Shown here: positions 28,498 through 38,922 of the stretch, piece after piece | Position numbering within the stretch: position 1 is the stretch's first letter | How the letters are laid out: every line of letters begins with the position of its first letter | Source: Candidatus Saccharimonadales bacterium | GTDB taxonomy: Bacteria > Patescibacteriota > Saccharimonadia > Saccharimonadales > JAGPDM01 | Assembly: GCA_044227985.1 (NCBI GenBank) | Contig: JBGAVT010000001.1 | Span: 6,216-70,215 of the forward strand | Length of the DNA: 64,000 bases | Reading direction: 5' to 3' | The notes under the pieces: model-generated | Seen by the model: the letters and a program-made list of their open reading frames with translations, nothing else | Databases searched by the model: none | Told to the model about the DNA's origin: nothing | Translations under genes and position numbers: made by a program

Positions 28498-28826
28498 CGG
28501 TTGTCTCCTGATCCAGAAATCCTATTGCGCTTTTGACGTGAACTTAGCTTATCTAAGTTCTCTCTCGCTACAGAATCGAGACTAACATCAGTTAGATCTG
28601 CAAGTCGAGCGAGGTACCACAATACGTCCCCAAGTTCAGCAGCTATAGCTGATTTCGTTTTATTGGTGAGTTGGCCGCTATCATCGCGTAGAATTTTCTT
28701 TACTTTCTCGGCAACTTCTCCTGATTCACCAACCAATCCAAGCGCCATTCGAGCTAAAAAAAGAGCACTATCATCACTTTCGACGATAGTGCTAGCGCTC
28801 GCTTTTTGGTATTCATCAAGCGTCAT
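28494..28826 (-). CDS. MazG-like nucleotide pyrophosphohydrolase (small all-alpha NTP-PPase)
   Basis: MTLDEYQKAS…LVGESGEVAEKVKK…ELGDVLWYLARLA: the E-x-x-E metal-binding pattern of MazG/dimeric dUTPase-like NTP pyrophosphatases. Confidence 0.7.
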   Translation of the reverse strand: MTLDEYQKASASTIVESDDSALFLARMALGLVGESGEVAEKVKKILRDDSGQLTNKTKSAIAAELGDVLWYLARLADLTDVSLDSVARENLDKLSSRQKRNRISGSGDNR

Positions 28827-28842
28827 CTTTTTTACTCAAAAA

Positions 28843-29283
28843 CTATTTCTTGGTAGTCTTTTTGGCTGAAGCTTTTTTAGCAGCTGGTTTTTTAGCAGCT
28901 GGTTTTTTGGTTGCAGTTTTCTTAACTTCAGTTTTTTTCGCAGTTACAGCAGTAACTGGGGCTGTTGTAGTTGTTTTCGTATTTACTTTTGGTGACGTAG
29001 CATTCTTACGATTAATAATAACCAAAATAAGAAGGCCGATGAGGACAGCTACCAACGCAGAAGTTAGTAAGTAATATAACTTAGACTGTTGTAGAATTTC
29101 TTGTACTTCTGGCTTAGTGGCTTCTTTACCGAGCTGTTCTTTTAGTTGATCGTACTGTTCAAACTGAGATTGAACAGTTAGAAATGCCTGGTATGCAAAT
29201 TTTAGGATTTCGAAAAACCCGAGTGCGATTGTTGAGCTAGCAATTATTTGCCAAACTTGTGCTTTTGAAAATTGTTGATTCAT
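28843..29283 (-). CDS. Membrane protein with Lys/Ala/Thr-rich histone-H1-like C-terminal tail
   Basis: Two hydrophobic helices then …KKTEVKKTATKKPAAKKPAAKKASAKKTTKK. The underlying DNA has a direct repeat ttttttagcagctggt x2. Confidence 0.5.
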   Translation of the reverse strand: MNQQFSKAQVWQIIASSTIALGFFEILKFAYQAFLTVQSQFEQYDQLKEQLGKEATKPEVQEILQQSKLYYLLTSALVAVLIGLLILVIINRKNATSPKVNTKTTTTAPVTAVTAKKTEVKKTATKKPAAKKPAAKKASAKKTTKK

Positions 29284-29288
29284 GTTAT

Positions 29289-29603
29289 TTATTCCTTTTC
29301 TTTATCTAATTTATCAAGACCAATGCCCTTGACGATGAAGTATATCACTGCAGCGACTATCAGTAAATCAAGTAGTGGACTTGCGAACTTTCCCCAAACA
29401 AAATCTGATTTACCAATTGTAAAACTTGCTTTTGCAAGATTGTCGGCATTTGGTAAAACTAAACCAATTAGAGGATTAATCAAACCATCAACTAGACCGC
29501 TGACTACATCCTTAACGGCAATACCTAAAATCAACCCAATTGCTAAACCGACAACACCTTGTTCTCTGATAAAATCAAGGAAACCAGTCATCTGTTTTTT
29601 CAT
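29289..29603 (-). CDS. mscL: Large-conductance mechanosensitive channel
   Basis: MKKQMTGFLDFIREQGVVGLAIGLILGIA… is a canonical MscL TM1. Length 104 aa. Confidence 0.85.
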   Translation of the reverse strand: MKKQMTGFLDFIREQGVVGLAIGLILGIAVKDVVSGLVDGLINPLIGLVLPNADNLAKASFTIGKSDFVWGKFASPLLDLLIVAAVIYFIVKGIGLDKLDKEKE

Positions 29604-29625
29604 ACTTCAACCCCTCACATTATAT

Positions 29626-30459
29626 TTAATGGTTAGAGTATGACAGAACAGAGATTGCCTGTCGAGTAGCAGCGACATCGTGGACACGCACAAATGAGGC
29701 ACCTTTTTCTATCGACTGGGCAGCAATTATTGCTGAGGCAGTGTCACGGTATTTTGTCGGTTGATTTGTCAGCTCGCCGATAAAGCGTTTGCGACTAGCG
29801 CCAATTAAAACTGGTAGTTTGGTCTGCTGCGATGACTCCATGCATAGTTGCATATTCGTATCAATGTCAGCTCCTGGAAGTAAGCTATAATCTTCTTGTT
29901 CGACATCACCAAAGCCGAGTCCAGGGTCGAGAATCAACCTATGCTCGTCAATCCCTGCTTTGATTGCGTGGTTAGTAATCCGCTGAAATTCCTCATGCAA
30001 ACTATCAAGCAATCTACTTTTCTGCAACGGTTTTTGGCGCATCAAAATAATCGAACAACCGTATTTATTTACTACATCAGCCATATCAGAATCGCCTAAA
30101 CTAGAAATATCATTAATAAAATCTGCACCAGCGTCTAGGGCATTTTGTGCAACCAGAGCCTTCTTTGTATCTACGCTTATGGGGATACGTGGCGCTAATT
30201 TTTTAAGCATCCTTATAACCGGCACTATGCGCTTTGACTCCTCAATAGTTGAGACTTCATCATGCCCTCCTGGTCGTGTTGACTCACCGCCTACATCAAA
30301 GCTGTCTGCACCCTGATCAATAATCTGTCCAATATAATCTTCTGTTAATTCTACCTCGGCATCGCTGAACGAATCAGGCGTAGCATTAATAATAGCCATG
30401 ACTTGAGGTTTTGTAATCGTCCACACATCACCGTGGGCGCCAAATAATTGAAAATTCAA
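29626..30459 (-). CDS. folP: Dihydropteroate synthase
   Basis: Pterin-binding TIM barrel: IINATPDSFSD, DVGGESTRPG, …GASRKRFIG. Confidence 0.9.
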   Translation of the reverse strand: MNFQLFGAHGDVWTITKPQVMAIINATPDSFSDAEVELTEDYIGQIIDQGADSFDVGGESTRPGGHDEVSTIEESKRIVPVIRMLKKLAPRIPISVDTKKALVAQNALDAGADFINDISSLGDSDMADVVNKYGCSIILMRQKPLQKSRLLDSLHEEFQRITNHAIKAGIDEHRLILDPGLGFGDVEQEDYSLLPGADIDTNMQLCMESSQQTKLPVLIGASRKRFIGELTNQPTKYRDTASAIIAAQSIEKGASFVRVHDVAATRQAISVLSYSNH

Positions 30460-31691
30460 AGCACAACCCCTTCTGCTGCTTCGAGTTGTCGTTCAAGCTC
30501 TGCCATACCATTGGCCACATCAACCGAAATACGCACCTGCTGAGCAGCCATACCGAGCGCATACAACGTACGGAAAAGGCAATGCGCTCGACACTGCTCA
30601 CCCATTTGCCCAACTCTTAGAACCGGCAGGCCAAACGATCCAGAAATCTCAACACCGTAGTGCTCGACCATATAACGCTGCCAAAAAACCGCATCAACAC
30701 CATCAGGAACTTTGATTGAAATAACACTCGCCAGTCTCTGTCTCTCAGGTACGTATAGCTCTAGCCCCATGGCCACAATCCCAGCCTGCATTGCTAGTGA
30801 GCTAGCTAGGTGACGCTTCATACGGGCCTCAAGTGTCTCTTTGCTCACTAAGCGCAGTGCTTCATACATTGCCAAAACTCCTGGGACTGGTGCGGTGTAA
30901 TGATATTTTTGATGGCCCCAAAACTGCCAAGCTAGCTTCGCATCTAGTGTCCACTGCGCTAATGGATGTTTGCGCTTTTCGATAGTCTCCCATGCTTTAT
31001 CGCTGAGAGCGAGCAAACTTACGCCTGGAATACTTGAGAGACCTTTCTGTCCGCCTGTGATGACTGCATCAATCCCCCATTCATCCATTAGAAAGGGCAT
31101 AGTCGTCAGAGTACAGACTGCATCAACGATAAACAATGCACCATGATCTTTAACAAGCTTCGCTATTTCGGGTAAGAAAATATTATGAACACCACTACTA
31201 GTCTCACCTTGTACTATCGTTACGACGTCGTACTTATTCGTCTGTAATTTTTTCTCAACCATCTTCGGTGAAATTGTTTCTATATCTTCAGTTGATAATA
31301 CGTCAACATCGGCACCTGTCCGCCGAGCCATTTCTTCCAGTCGAGGACCGAAGACACCATGCTTATTAACAAGACTTAAAACCCTACGGCCCGGCCAAGC
31401 GAGATTAGAAACAGCCATTTCCATAGCAGCGCTACTCGGACCACCAACACCAATTATATATTGACTCCTAGTCTGGAATGAGTAGCGCGCCATCTCTTGT
31501 AGGCCAGCAATTACCTTATTCATATCTTTACCAAGGTGATTAATGACAACGCTATTTGCGCGAGAAACTTCATTAGGTAGTGGTACGGGACCAGCGCCCA
31601 TCAATAACAATGGTTCATCAGGCAAAATATCATCAAGACGTGTTAGCTTGGGCGGAGAACATCTATCAACGTAATCGGCGTGGTTGCTCAT
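30456..31691 (-). CDS. Class-V pyridoxal-phosphate aminotransferase (AGXT/SerC-like)
   Basis: LLLMGAGPVPLPNEV N-terminal signature of class-V aminotransferases. About 411 aa. 4-nt overlap with folP. Confidence 0.7.
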   Translation of the reverse strand: MSNHADYVDRCSPPKLTRLDDILPDEPLLLMGAGPVPLPNEVSRANSVVINHLGKDMNKVIAGLQEMARYSFQTRSQYIIGVGGPSSAAMEMAVSNLAWPGRRVLSLVNKHGVFGPRLEEMARRTGADVDVLSTEDIETISPKMVEKKLQTNKYDVVTIVQGETSSGVHNIFLPEIAKLVKDHGALFIVDAVCTLTTMPFLMDEWGIDAVITGGQKGLSSIPGVSLLALSDKAWETIEKRKHPLAQWTLDAKLAWQFWGHQKYHYTAPVPGVLAMYEALRLVSKETLEARMKRHLASSLAMQAGIVAMGLELYVPERQRLASVISIKVPDGVDAVFWQRYMVEHYGVEISGSFGLPVLRVGQMGEQCRAHCLFRTLYALGMAAQQVRISVDVANGMAELERQLEAAEGVVL

Positions 31692-32208
31692 GCTCTAATG
31701 ATAGCAAACGTGATGCTTCACCACGTATGATTCCTCCATCAACATATAAATTAATTAAATCTCCAAAAATCTGTTTTGCTTCGTCAATTGTTTCAACAGG
31801 AGGCTCACCAGCGATATTTGCACTTGGTGCAATAAGCGGGCCGGTTTGCTCAATAATTTTTTGTAAAAATTTATAATCAGGCAAACGAAAAGCTAAACTA
31901 GCTTTTCCTCTAGTTAGGTAATTATCTACACTCTCTACCGGTAATATCAAGCTCACTGGTCCAGGCCAATAGGTGCTCGCCTGCATCAACTTATCTTCTT
32001 TCACGCCAAATGCTTTGAGCTGCAAAACGTCAGATACCAGAATAATACATGGCTTATTACTTTGTCTTTTACGGACTTTGTAAACCTCCTCAACAGCGCT
32101 TTCCGAAGAGGCTCGTGCCAATATTCCATAAATAGTATCAGTCGGTGTGACCACCAACTTATTGTCTTTCAAGGCATTGATTGCTTCAGTTAGATCATCA
32201 TGACTCAT
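31666..32208 (-). CDS. tsaC: L-threonylcarbamoyladenylate synthase (TsaC/YrdC family)
   Basis: YrdC fold motifs VVTPTDTIYGILA, …PGPVSLILP, …APSANIAGEPP. Confidence 0.8.
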   Translation of the reverse strand: MSHDDLTEAINALKDNKLVVTPTDTIYGILARASSESAVEEVYKVRKRQSNKPCIILVSDVLQLKAFGVKEDKLMQASTYWPGPVSLILPVESVDNYLTRGKASLAFRLPDYKFLQKIIEQTGPLIAPSANIAGEPPVETIDEAKQIFGDLINLYVDGGIIRGEASRLLSLEHEQPRRLR

Positions 32209-32261
32209 GGCTTTAGTATAGCAACTGACGAAAGATTCGATTTATTGCTATACTAAAACCA

Positions 32262-33122
32262 ATGTATAAAACATTAACACAATGGCTACTAAATGAAGGA
32301 TTTCACATCCTAATTATATCTTTTGTGGCGGTATTTGTTAGGCGAAATAGTAAACTACCCATCAAGCGTTTCATTAAAAGTTTGATGAAAGCTGAAAAAT
32401 TTAGTAACGATGGTGAAAGAATGCGCCGTGAAGAAACATTAAGAGATATCGTCTACGCATCACTAGGCGTTGTTATCTACGCAATTGCATTCACCATGAT
32501 TCTGTCTATTCTTGAAATCAATATCCAGCCGCTACTCGCTAGTGCAGGTGTGCTTGGTGTTGCACTCGGCTTTGGTGGTCAGTGGTTAATCAGAGATGTT
32601 ATATCAGGTATTTTTATTATTACTGAAAATCAATATCGAGTTGGAGATGTAGTTACACTCAACACGGGTAGTGTTCAGATTTCAGGTACAGTCGAAGACA
32701 TTAGCCTCCGTTTAACAGAGCTTCGTGATCTTGATGGTCAACTATTTCATGTGCCTAACGGAATAATTCAAGTTGCAGGTAATAAAAGCAAAGACTTTGC
32801 TGGCATTAACCTCGATATCGATGTAGCCTATGATTCAGACTTGAAACTTGTACAAAAGGTTGTCAACGAGGTTGGAGCACAGTTAGCGGAGGACAAAGAG
32901 TGGAAAAAACACATTATCGAAACGCCTCGATTCTTGCGAGTTGATCGTTTCTCTGAACGATCTGTTGTTATAAAGATCGTTGGCAAAACCGAGCCCCTCA
33001 AACAATGGTCAGTAAGCGGCGAATTGAGGTTAAGGCTTAACGATGCCTTTAGAGAGCACAAGATAAAAATGCCCTACTTTAGTGTTGCCAGTGTTGGATC
33101 AATACCCAATACAAAAAAATAG
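32262..33122 (+). CDS. Small-conductance mechanosensitive channel (MscS family)
   Basis: N-terminal TM helices then conserved MscS beta-domain (RVGDVVTLNTGSVQISGTVEDISLRLTELRDLDGQLFHVPNG). Confidence 0.8.
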   Translation: MYKTLTQWLLNEGFHILIISFVAVFVRRNSKLPIKRFIKSLMKAEKFSNDGERMRREETLRDIVYASLGVVIYAIAFTMILSILEINIQPLLASAGVLGVALGFGGQWLIRDVISGIFIITENQYRVGDVVTLNTGSVQISGTVEDISLRLTELRDLDGQLFHVPNGIIQVAGNKSKDFAGINLDIDVAYDSDLKLVQKVVNEVGAQLAEDKEWKKHIIETPRFLRVDRFSERSVVIKIVGKTEPLKQWSVSGELRLRLNDAFREHKIKMPYFSVASVGSIPNTKK

Positions 33123-33130
33123 CGTAGTTT

Positions 33131-33769
33131 TTAAATATTTATTTCAATCGGTTGAGAGTCGCCAATCGGGAAGAATTGGATACCTGCTTGAGACAGAGTT
33201 TTTTCAGCTAATTCATAGTACCAAACCTTTCCTTCGTCAGATAAATGCCAATCATGGATTGGAATGACAGCTTGTGGTTGCATTTGTAGCAGTAGTTCCA
33301 TGGCGCCAGCAAACGAGCCCCAAGGTGATACAATCGGCATCGCCACTATCGGCGCAGGTCTAATCATCTGGAAGCTATCTCCGACATGAGTTAGTTTGTT
33401 CCAAAGAGTAAACAGACTGTTCTCTGGTGGTGCTGGTTGCCCGGTCCACATAGGTGCATGAGCAGTTGTTACCATGTTGATCTCGCTTGGCGTGGAAACC
33501 GATGCATGCAATCCACGCGCATCTAGTTTATCTGTCACCGTCTTGTTAGAAATAATCAAACAATCCGGATTGTAATCACGAATTGCATCAATAAAATTTA
33601 TATCCATGTGGTCGGGGTGCTCATGCGTAACCAAAACATAATCAATACGTGGCCAGTTTGCTAAATCAGCTATAGCTGATTCCATACTCCACTTACCTGG
33701 GTCGATAAATACAGCTTTGCCTTCATCTTCAACTAGCAGACACGAATGTACGTATTTTGTTATCTTCAT
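33131..33769 (-). CDS. MBL-fold metallo-hydrolase
   Basis: VLVTHEHPDHMD (HxHxDH) motif. 212 aa. Confidence 0.7.
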   Translation of the reverse strand: MKITKYVHSCLLVEDEGKAVFIDPGKWSMESAIADLANWPRIDYVLVTHEHPDHMDINFIDAIRDYNPDCLIISNKTVTDKLDARGLHASVSTPSEINMVTTAHAPMWTGQPAPPENSLFTLWNKLTHVGDSFQMIRPAPIVAMPIVSPWGSFAGAMELLLQMQPQAVIPIHDWHLSDEGKVWYYELAEKTLSQAGIQFFPIGDSQPIEINI

Positions 33770-35004
33770 TATTTACTATCTACTTTCATCGTTTTTTCTG
33801 TAGTTTTAGCAGTGGTTCGTCTGGCTCTTCTGTGTGGGTAAATCATAGCAAAGACACCAAGTCCAAGTATACTAATTATAGTCGTAATTACACCTCCTGC
33901 GAACGGAATGAGACCGATTAAGTAATATAGACCAAGACCAACCACTAAAGCACTTAGGGGCGTCGCAAGCTTAGTCTCGTTACGGCTAGCTGATTGTTTT
34001 TGTAGGAGGTATCGCCCGACTAGGTATGAACCAGGAATCTTCGCCGAGAATATTGCCATCAACCAAAATACTAACGTGATAATACCAAGTGGAAATCCGA
34101 TCAAGCTTAACATCAGAAGAAAACTGATTGGACCACCGATCAACGCAATGATAATTCCCCAGATGAATGTCTGGCCATAGTCTTTCGAGCTGATACGGGT
34201 CACTCGCTCAGTACTCTGACGGAAAACATACATTGCTGCGAGACCAATAATCAAACTAGCAGCGAAGAAAAATATAGCGGCTACTACTTTAGCAATAAAA
34301 CCAGCGAGATACGGTACATCATTCTTTAGCTCTGGCTGCTTAAGATTAATATTACCAATTACTTGGCTACCTGTTTGCCGCTTGGCTTTATTTTCAGAAA
34401 ATAAGTCGATATTTCCGCTAATCTTTGCCTTTTCCCCAATCGTGAGAGAGTTAGCACTTATAACGCTATTTCGACCAACTCGAGCGTTTAACAATAGGCT
34501 GTCACTACCAGCCATAATACCGCGACCGATATCACCAGACAAAGTCAGTACACTGCTACCAGCAATAACACCCCCACCGATTACCGTGTCGTCAGTCGTT
34601 TTGACGTTAGCACCAAATCCGATGAAACTATCACCAATCTCAGCTTTATTCAGAGAGATTGTTTGTCCAGCGGCATAAAGATCGTCACGAATAGTACCAG
34701 TAACTTCAACGCTGCTCCCGGCCGCAAAAACGTCACCATTTACGACGCCTCGAATACTAACATCACTACCGACTGCATAGACATCACCGTTAACAACACC
34801 TTCAATAACAACTCGGTTTGAGCTTACAAAAAGATCATCATTAATCGTCTGCGTCTCGCTAACTCGGTATTCCTCATCATTCTCACGAACAGTTACAGCT
34901 GATGCTTTCATGCTAGACCCAAAACCAAACAAAACAACTCCTAGTAGAACAAAGAGCGCTACTTTCTTTTTACTGTGCTTAGTTAACATGACTTCCTCCA
35001 TCAA
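33769..35004 (-). CDS. Membrane protein with bactofilin-like (polymer-forming cytoskeletal) beta-helix repeats
   Basis: Signal/TM, then repeated VVNGDVYAVGSDVSIRG / VVNGDVFAAGSSVEVTG units characteristic of bactofilin beta-helices, then a C-terminal 4-5 TM domain. Stop overlaps the start of the downstream MBL gene by 1 nt. Confidence 0.5.
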   Translation of the reverse strand: MMEEVMLTKHSKKKVALFVLLGVVLFGFGSSMKASAVTVRENDEEYRVSETQTINDDLFVSSNRVVIEGVVNGDVYAVGSDVSIRGVVNGDVFAAGSSVEVTGTIRDDLYAAGQTISLNKAEIGDSFIGFGANVKTTDDTVIGGGVIAGSSVLTLSGDIGRGIMAGSDSLLLNARVGRNSVISANSLTIGEKAKISGNIDLFSENKAKRQTGSQVIGNINLKQPELKNDVPYLAGFIAKVVAAIFFFAASLIIGLAAMYVFRQSTERVTRISSKDYGQTFIWGIIIALIGGPISFLLMLSLIGFPLGIITLVFWLMAIFSAKIPGSYLVGRYLLQKQSASRNETKLATPLSALVVGLGLYYLIGLIPFAGGVITTIISILGLGVFAMIYPHRRARRTTAKTTEKTMKVDSK

Positions 35005-35144
35005 TTATTCTATCTATCAATATACATCATATCGTCAGCACATAACAAAGTGGTACAGTTATATATCTTCAAATTCTTAGACGATTTTTGTTCATCGATG
35101 CTTATGATTTTGACTTTTAACTGATTCCTCTATAAAATCTATCT

Positions 35145-36614
35145 ATGGTACACGAAACAATCTCTTTAGGAATAACATTTGATGACGTCTTGCTCTTACC
35201 CGGGGCGAGTAACGTTTTACCTAGTGAAGTAAACGTAGCTGGACGTTTCAGTCAGCATATAAACCTACCAACGCCAATTATAAGCGCTGCTATGGACACA
35301 GTGACCGAGGCTGATACGGCCATTACTATGGCACGAGCTGGTGGCATTGGTGTGCTCCATCGCTCACTTATCCCAACCGAACAGGCTGCTGAGGTAGTAA
35401 AAGTAAAACGAGCACAATCAACTATTATCCGTGATCCTATCACTGCGCGATCAGACCAAAGTATTTCCTATGCTCGACGCATCACTAGTGAAAATAATAT
35501 CACTGGCATACCGATCGTTGATAAAGATGGAAAGCTTGAAGGTATAGTCACCAACCGGGACATGCGTTTTGTGAAAAATATGCAGACTAAACTCGGTGAA
35601 ATCATGACGACAAAGCTGTTTACTATTAGCGAACCTGTTAATAACCACGAAGCACTCAAACAGATGCATGAGCACCGTATAGAGAAATTACCTGTTGTTG
35701 ATAATTCCGGCAAACTAACCGGTTTGATTACTTTCAAAGACATTCAGAAACGACAACAATTTCCGAATGCTAATCAAGACGATGAAGGTCGCCTACGTGT
35801 TGCCGCAGCAGTTGGAACTGGTAGTGATACTTTTGAACGAATTACGGCGCTAGTCGAGGCTGACATTGATGCAATCATCGTTGACACAGCACATGGTCAT
35901 AGTCAGAAAGTTATCGATATCGTAGCTGATGTTCGTAAAAAATATCCTAAACTAGAATTAATTGCCGGCAACATTGCTACCGCGGAAGCTGCTGAAGCTT
36001 TAATAGCAGCCGGTGTTAACGGACTCAAGGTAGGCATCGGACCAGGTAGTATTTGTACTACGCGAATTATTGCCGGGATAGGCGTACCTCAGTTGACGGC
36101 TATTGCAAATGTTGTAAAAGTTGCGCGACCGAAAAATATTCCTGTTATTGCTGATGGTGGTATCAAGTACAGTGGTGATATCGTCAAAGCTCTGGCAGCT
36201 GGTGCATCGAGTGTTATGCTCGGTGGATTACTAGCTGGAACTGATGAAGCACCAGGTGAACGCACAATCTACCAAGGGCGCGCCTACAAATCATATCGTG
36301 GCATGGGCAGTCTTGGCGCTATGAAGCGCGGCAGTCGCGATAGATACTTCCAAGATAATGTCGAGGAATTTGATTTAGAACAAAAGCTAGTCCCCGAAGG
36401 TATTGAAGGCCGAATTCCGTACCGTGGGCCGCTTGTCAGTACAGTCTTTCAACTAGTTGGTGGTTTACGCGCAGGTATGGGCTATGTTGGAGCTGCGACC
36501 GTCGAAGAACTCTATGACAAAGGCGTATTTATCCGAGTTTCCCAATCTGGCATCAAAGAAAACCACCCCCATGACGTCGAAATAACTAGCGAAGCCCCGA
36601 ACTACCGCCCGTAA
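35145..36614 (+). CDS. guaB: Inosine-5'-monophosphate dehydrogenase
   Basis: [12 protein letters not shown]…, tandem CBS pair, catalytic loop [11 protein letters not shown], …GGLRAGMGY. Confidence 0.95.
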   Translation: MVHETISLGITFDDVLLLPGASNVLPSEVNVAGRFSQHINLPTPIISAAMDTVTEADTAITMARAGGIGVLHRSLIPTEQAAEVVKVKRAQSTIIRDPITARSDQSISYARRITSENNITGIPIVDKDGKLEGIVTNRDMRFVKNMQTKLGEIMTTKLFTISEPVNNHEALKQMHEHRIEKLPVVDNSGKLTGLITFKDIQKRQQFPNANQDDEGRLRVAAAVGTGSDTFERITALVEADIDAIIVDTAHGHSQKVIDIVADVRKKYPKLELIAGNIATAEAAEALIAAGVNGLKVGIGPGSICTTRIIAGIGVPQLTAIANVVKVARPKNIPVIADGGIKYSGDIVKALAAGASSVMLGGLLAGTDEAPGERTIYQGRAYKSYRGMGSLGAMKRGSRDRYFQDNVEEFDLEQKLVPEGIEGRIPYRGPLVSTVFQLVGGLRAGMGYVGAATVEELYDKGVFIRVSQSGIKENHPHDVEITSEAPNYRP

Positions 36615-37118
36615 GCTCTTCACTTTGTAGGACCGTAATCAACCAGACTCATACCTATGAGGATTCTCTACAAAGACTAGGTCTGTAAGCCCTAATAACT
36701 CTATGCGTTTAGTCAGGAAATAACTAATTATCTCTACTTATTCATTTGTTATGCATTCTCTAGAAGTAATCCTATTGGTAATTGATCCAAACCTAAAGTC
36801 TTTGAGCTTTTAAGGTAGTTACGAAATAGCTGTCGCTACTTGACCAATCACTGTGGAGTTATCAGTTATTCTTATCCTTTCATATCTGGAACACCAATTT
36901 TGTCGAGAATACCATAGTATACATTTACAAAGATTATTGGACTTGGACCTAATACAAGGCGGTCAGTAATTACATTTAGTGAGCGAATTGGCCTACTGAT
37001 TTTGCTTAGCTACTAGTTATATGATTTAGGCCTCTCTATAGGTTTGCATAGTATAGTATTTTATGTTTACTATCGAAAAAATATCACAAATAAACAAAAA
37101 ACTACATTAATACTAATT

Positions 37119-38165
37119 TTATAAACGAACAAACAACAATTTGAATTGGTGTGATAATCGTTCACGCCACGAACGATAGTGAACAGGCTTCCTGGCCTGG
37201 TTTTCAGCAAAATAAACTCCTGAGGCTATTATCGCAGCACCTAACACTTGGTGTATTGTGATCATTTCTCGCAAGAAAATCTGCGCTGATAAAACTGCAA
37301 ATACTGGTTGTAAATATCCATACGGACTAGCCTCTTCACCTGTCATATTATCGATAGCGAAATACAATAGTTTTATTGCAATCACAACATTTAATAGTGT
37401 CATTAAGATAATCAGCCCTATAAATACAACTGGGTTGGCTCCACCGAAGCTCCAATTATCAAACTGCACAAACATAATCGGTATGAAGACTATTCCAGCA
37501 AAAAAGATTCTGGCTGATAGAAGCTCAGATAAATCATAGTGTTTTGAATACTTTTTTGTTAATATCGTCCCAAGATTATCAGTAATTAATGCTGCGATTA
37601 ATAATGTACTGCCCAAGATAACATCACCCGTTAGACCACCGGGAGACCCAAAGAATGCAACATACGTAGCGCCAAGAGCTGCCACAGCTAAGCCAACCAT
37701 TACTCTCTTTCGCATTTGTTCTTTTAGGATAAATAGAGATAACATGAACATTATAATAGGTCCGAGGCTACTAACAATTCCATATTCAGTCGCTGATATA
37801 TGGTCTAGTGAAATAAATATAAGCGCTACCGGCAAAGCATTACAAAAAATTCCGATTGTGGCGACAACAAAATAATCTCTTAACTTATTATTTTTAAAAA
37901 ATCGATACAGTCCAGGTAAAAGAAATAGAGTTGCGAGCAAAAAACGAATCCCGACTAAAGATAATGCTGGTAATCCTTCAAGCAAGACTTTGGCAACAAC
38001 AACAGTTCCACCCCAGATAGCTGTAGCAGCGATTAGAGCCATTGAGGCTCGACGAGTAGTCTTTTGAGAACGAAAGCTCCGTATCAAACCACGGATTGGT
38101 CTAAAGCGGTTATTCCGCGCGTGTTGTTCGGCATCAAAAGCGATGCTGGATGGATTATTTATCAT
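37119..38165 (-). CDS. EamA/DMT-family transporter
   Basis: About 10 TM helices in two EamA repeats. N-terminal 40 aa may be untranslated, with a possible start at M42. Confidence 0.7.
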   Translation of the reverse strand: MINNPSSIAFDAEQHARNNRFRPIRGLIRSFRSQKTTRRASMALIAATAIWGGTVVVAKVLLEGLPALSLVGIRFLLATLFLLPGLYRFFKNNKLRDYFVVATIGIFCNALPVALIFISLDHISATEYGIVSSLGPIIMFMLSLFILKEQMRKRVMVGLAVAALGATYVAFFGSPGGLTGDVILGSTLLIAALITDNLGTILTKKYSKHYDLSELLSARIFFAGIVFIPIMFVQFDNWSFGGANPVVFIGLIILMTLLNVVIAIKLLYFAIDNMTGEEASPYGYLQPVFAVLSAQIFLREMITIHQVLGAAIIASGVYFAENQARKPVHYRSWRERLSHQFKLLFVRL

Positions 38166-38242
38166 TTATGTCTTTTTTTGTTTTAATTGTTAATAATATT
38201 ACTATAGCAGTAATTTATATTAAAAGCAAGTATAAAGTGTGG

Positions 38243-38548
38243 TTATTCAGTAATTTTGACGACTGGATAGAAAGAAACAAAATTCGTGAAATCTTTTCCA
38301 ACCTTATCGATTGATCCATCTTTTGGTTCGGCGTAATACCAAGCTGCTGCTGCTGTAGTTTCACCATCAGCACTAATGTCGTAGTAGCTAGCTTTTCCCT
38401 TCCAGAAACATACTGTTTCTCGATCATCATTATGGCTAAAGAATTCTTTTTTTATCGAACTTGGAGGAAAATATACTCCACCTTCAATCAATATAGTATC
38501 CTTCTTGTCTGCCTCAGCTATTACTAACCCGTTATATGTAGCTTTCAT
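38243..38548 (-). CDS. DUF427-domain protein
   Basis: MKATYNGLVIAEADKKDTILIEGGVYFPP…VCFWKGKASYYDI matches the DUF427 pattern. Confidence 0.6.
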   Translation of the reverse strand: MKATYNGLVIAEADKKDTILIEGGVYFPPSSIKKEFFSHNDDRETVCFWKGKASYYDISADGETTAAAAWYYAEPKDGSIDKVGKDFTNFVSFYPVVKITE

Positions 38549-38922
38549 TATCTGGTTTCTCTTTCTGCTTTATCTTTTTTTAACTGATCAATTCCGAGCG
38601 AATCATTACTTAACAAATTAGCATCATAATCGCTACTTGGTTGGGCAACCTCGTCGAGCTGACTTGTTATCTTTTTTAGATCTAACTGAATAGAGGCTGA
38701 AGTTACAGGTTCAGTTACTTTCGGCAGAACATTCTCGTCAGGATTATCGATTTGCTTAACTACTTCATCAGAGTTTGGCTTCGTGCCTGAATCAAGTACG
38801 AGTTGCTCTTCACCGTTATACGTAAGTGTTCCGATAAAAACTAAGACTAGTGCAATCGTTACGGCTGAAGCAACCGCTAGAAAACTTGATGAACTAGTGA
38901 TTTGTTTAAGCTTTCTACTCAT
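38548..38922 (-). CDS. Hypothetical membrane-anchored protein
   Basis: N-terminal TM (FLAVASAVTIALVLVFIG) then an acidic extracytoplasmic tail. 1-nt overlap with DUF427 and 4-nt overlap with the upstream gene. Confidence 0.4.
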   Translation of the reverse strand: MSRKLKQITSSSSFLAVASAVTIALVLVFIGTLTYNGEEQLVLDSGTKPNSDEVVKQIDNPDENVLPKVTEPVTSASIQLDLKKITSQLDEVAQPSSDYDANLLSNDSLGIDQLKKDKAERETR

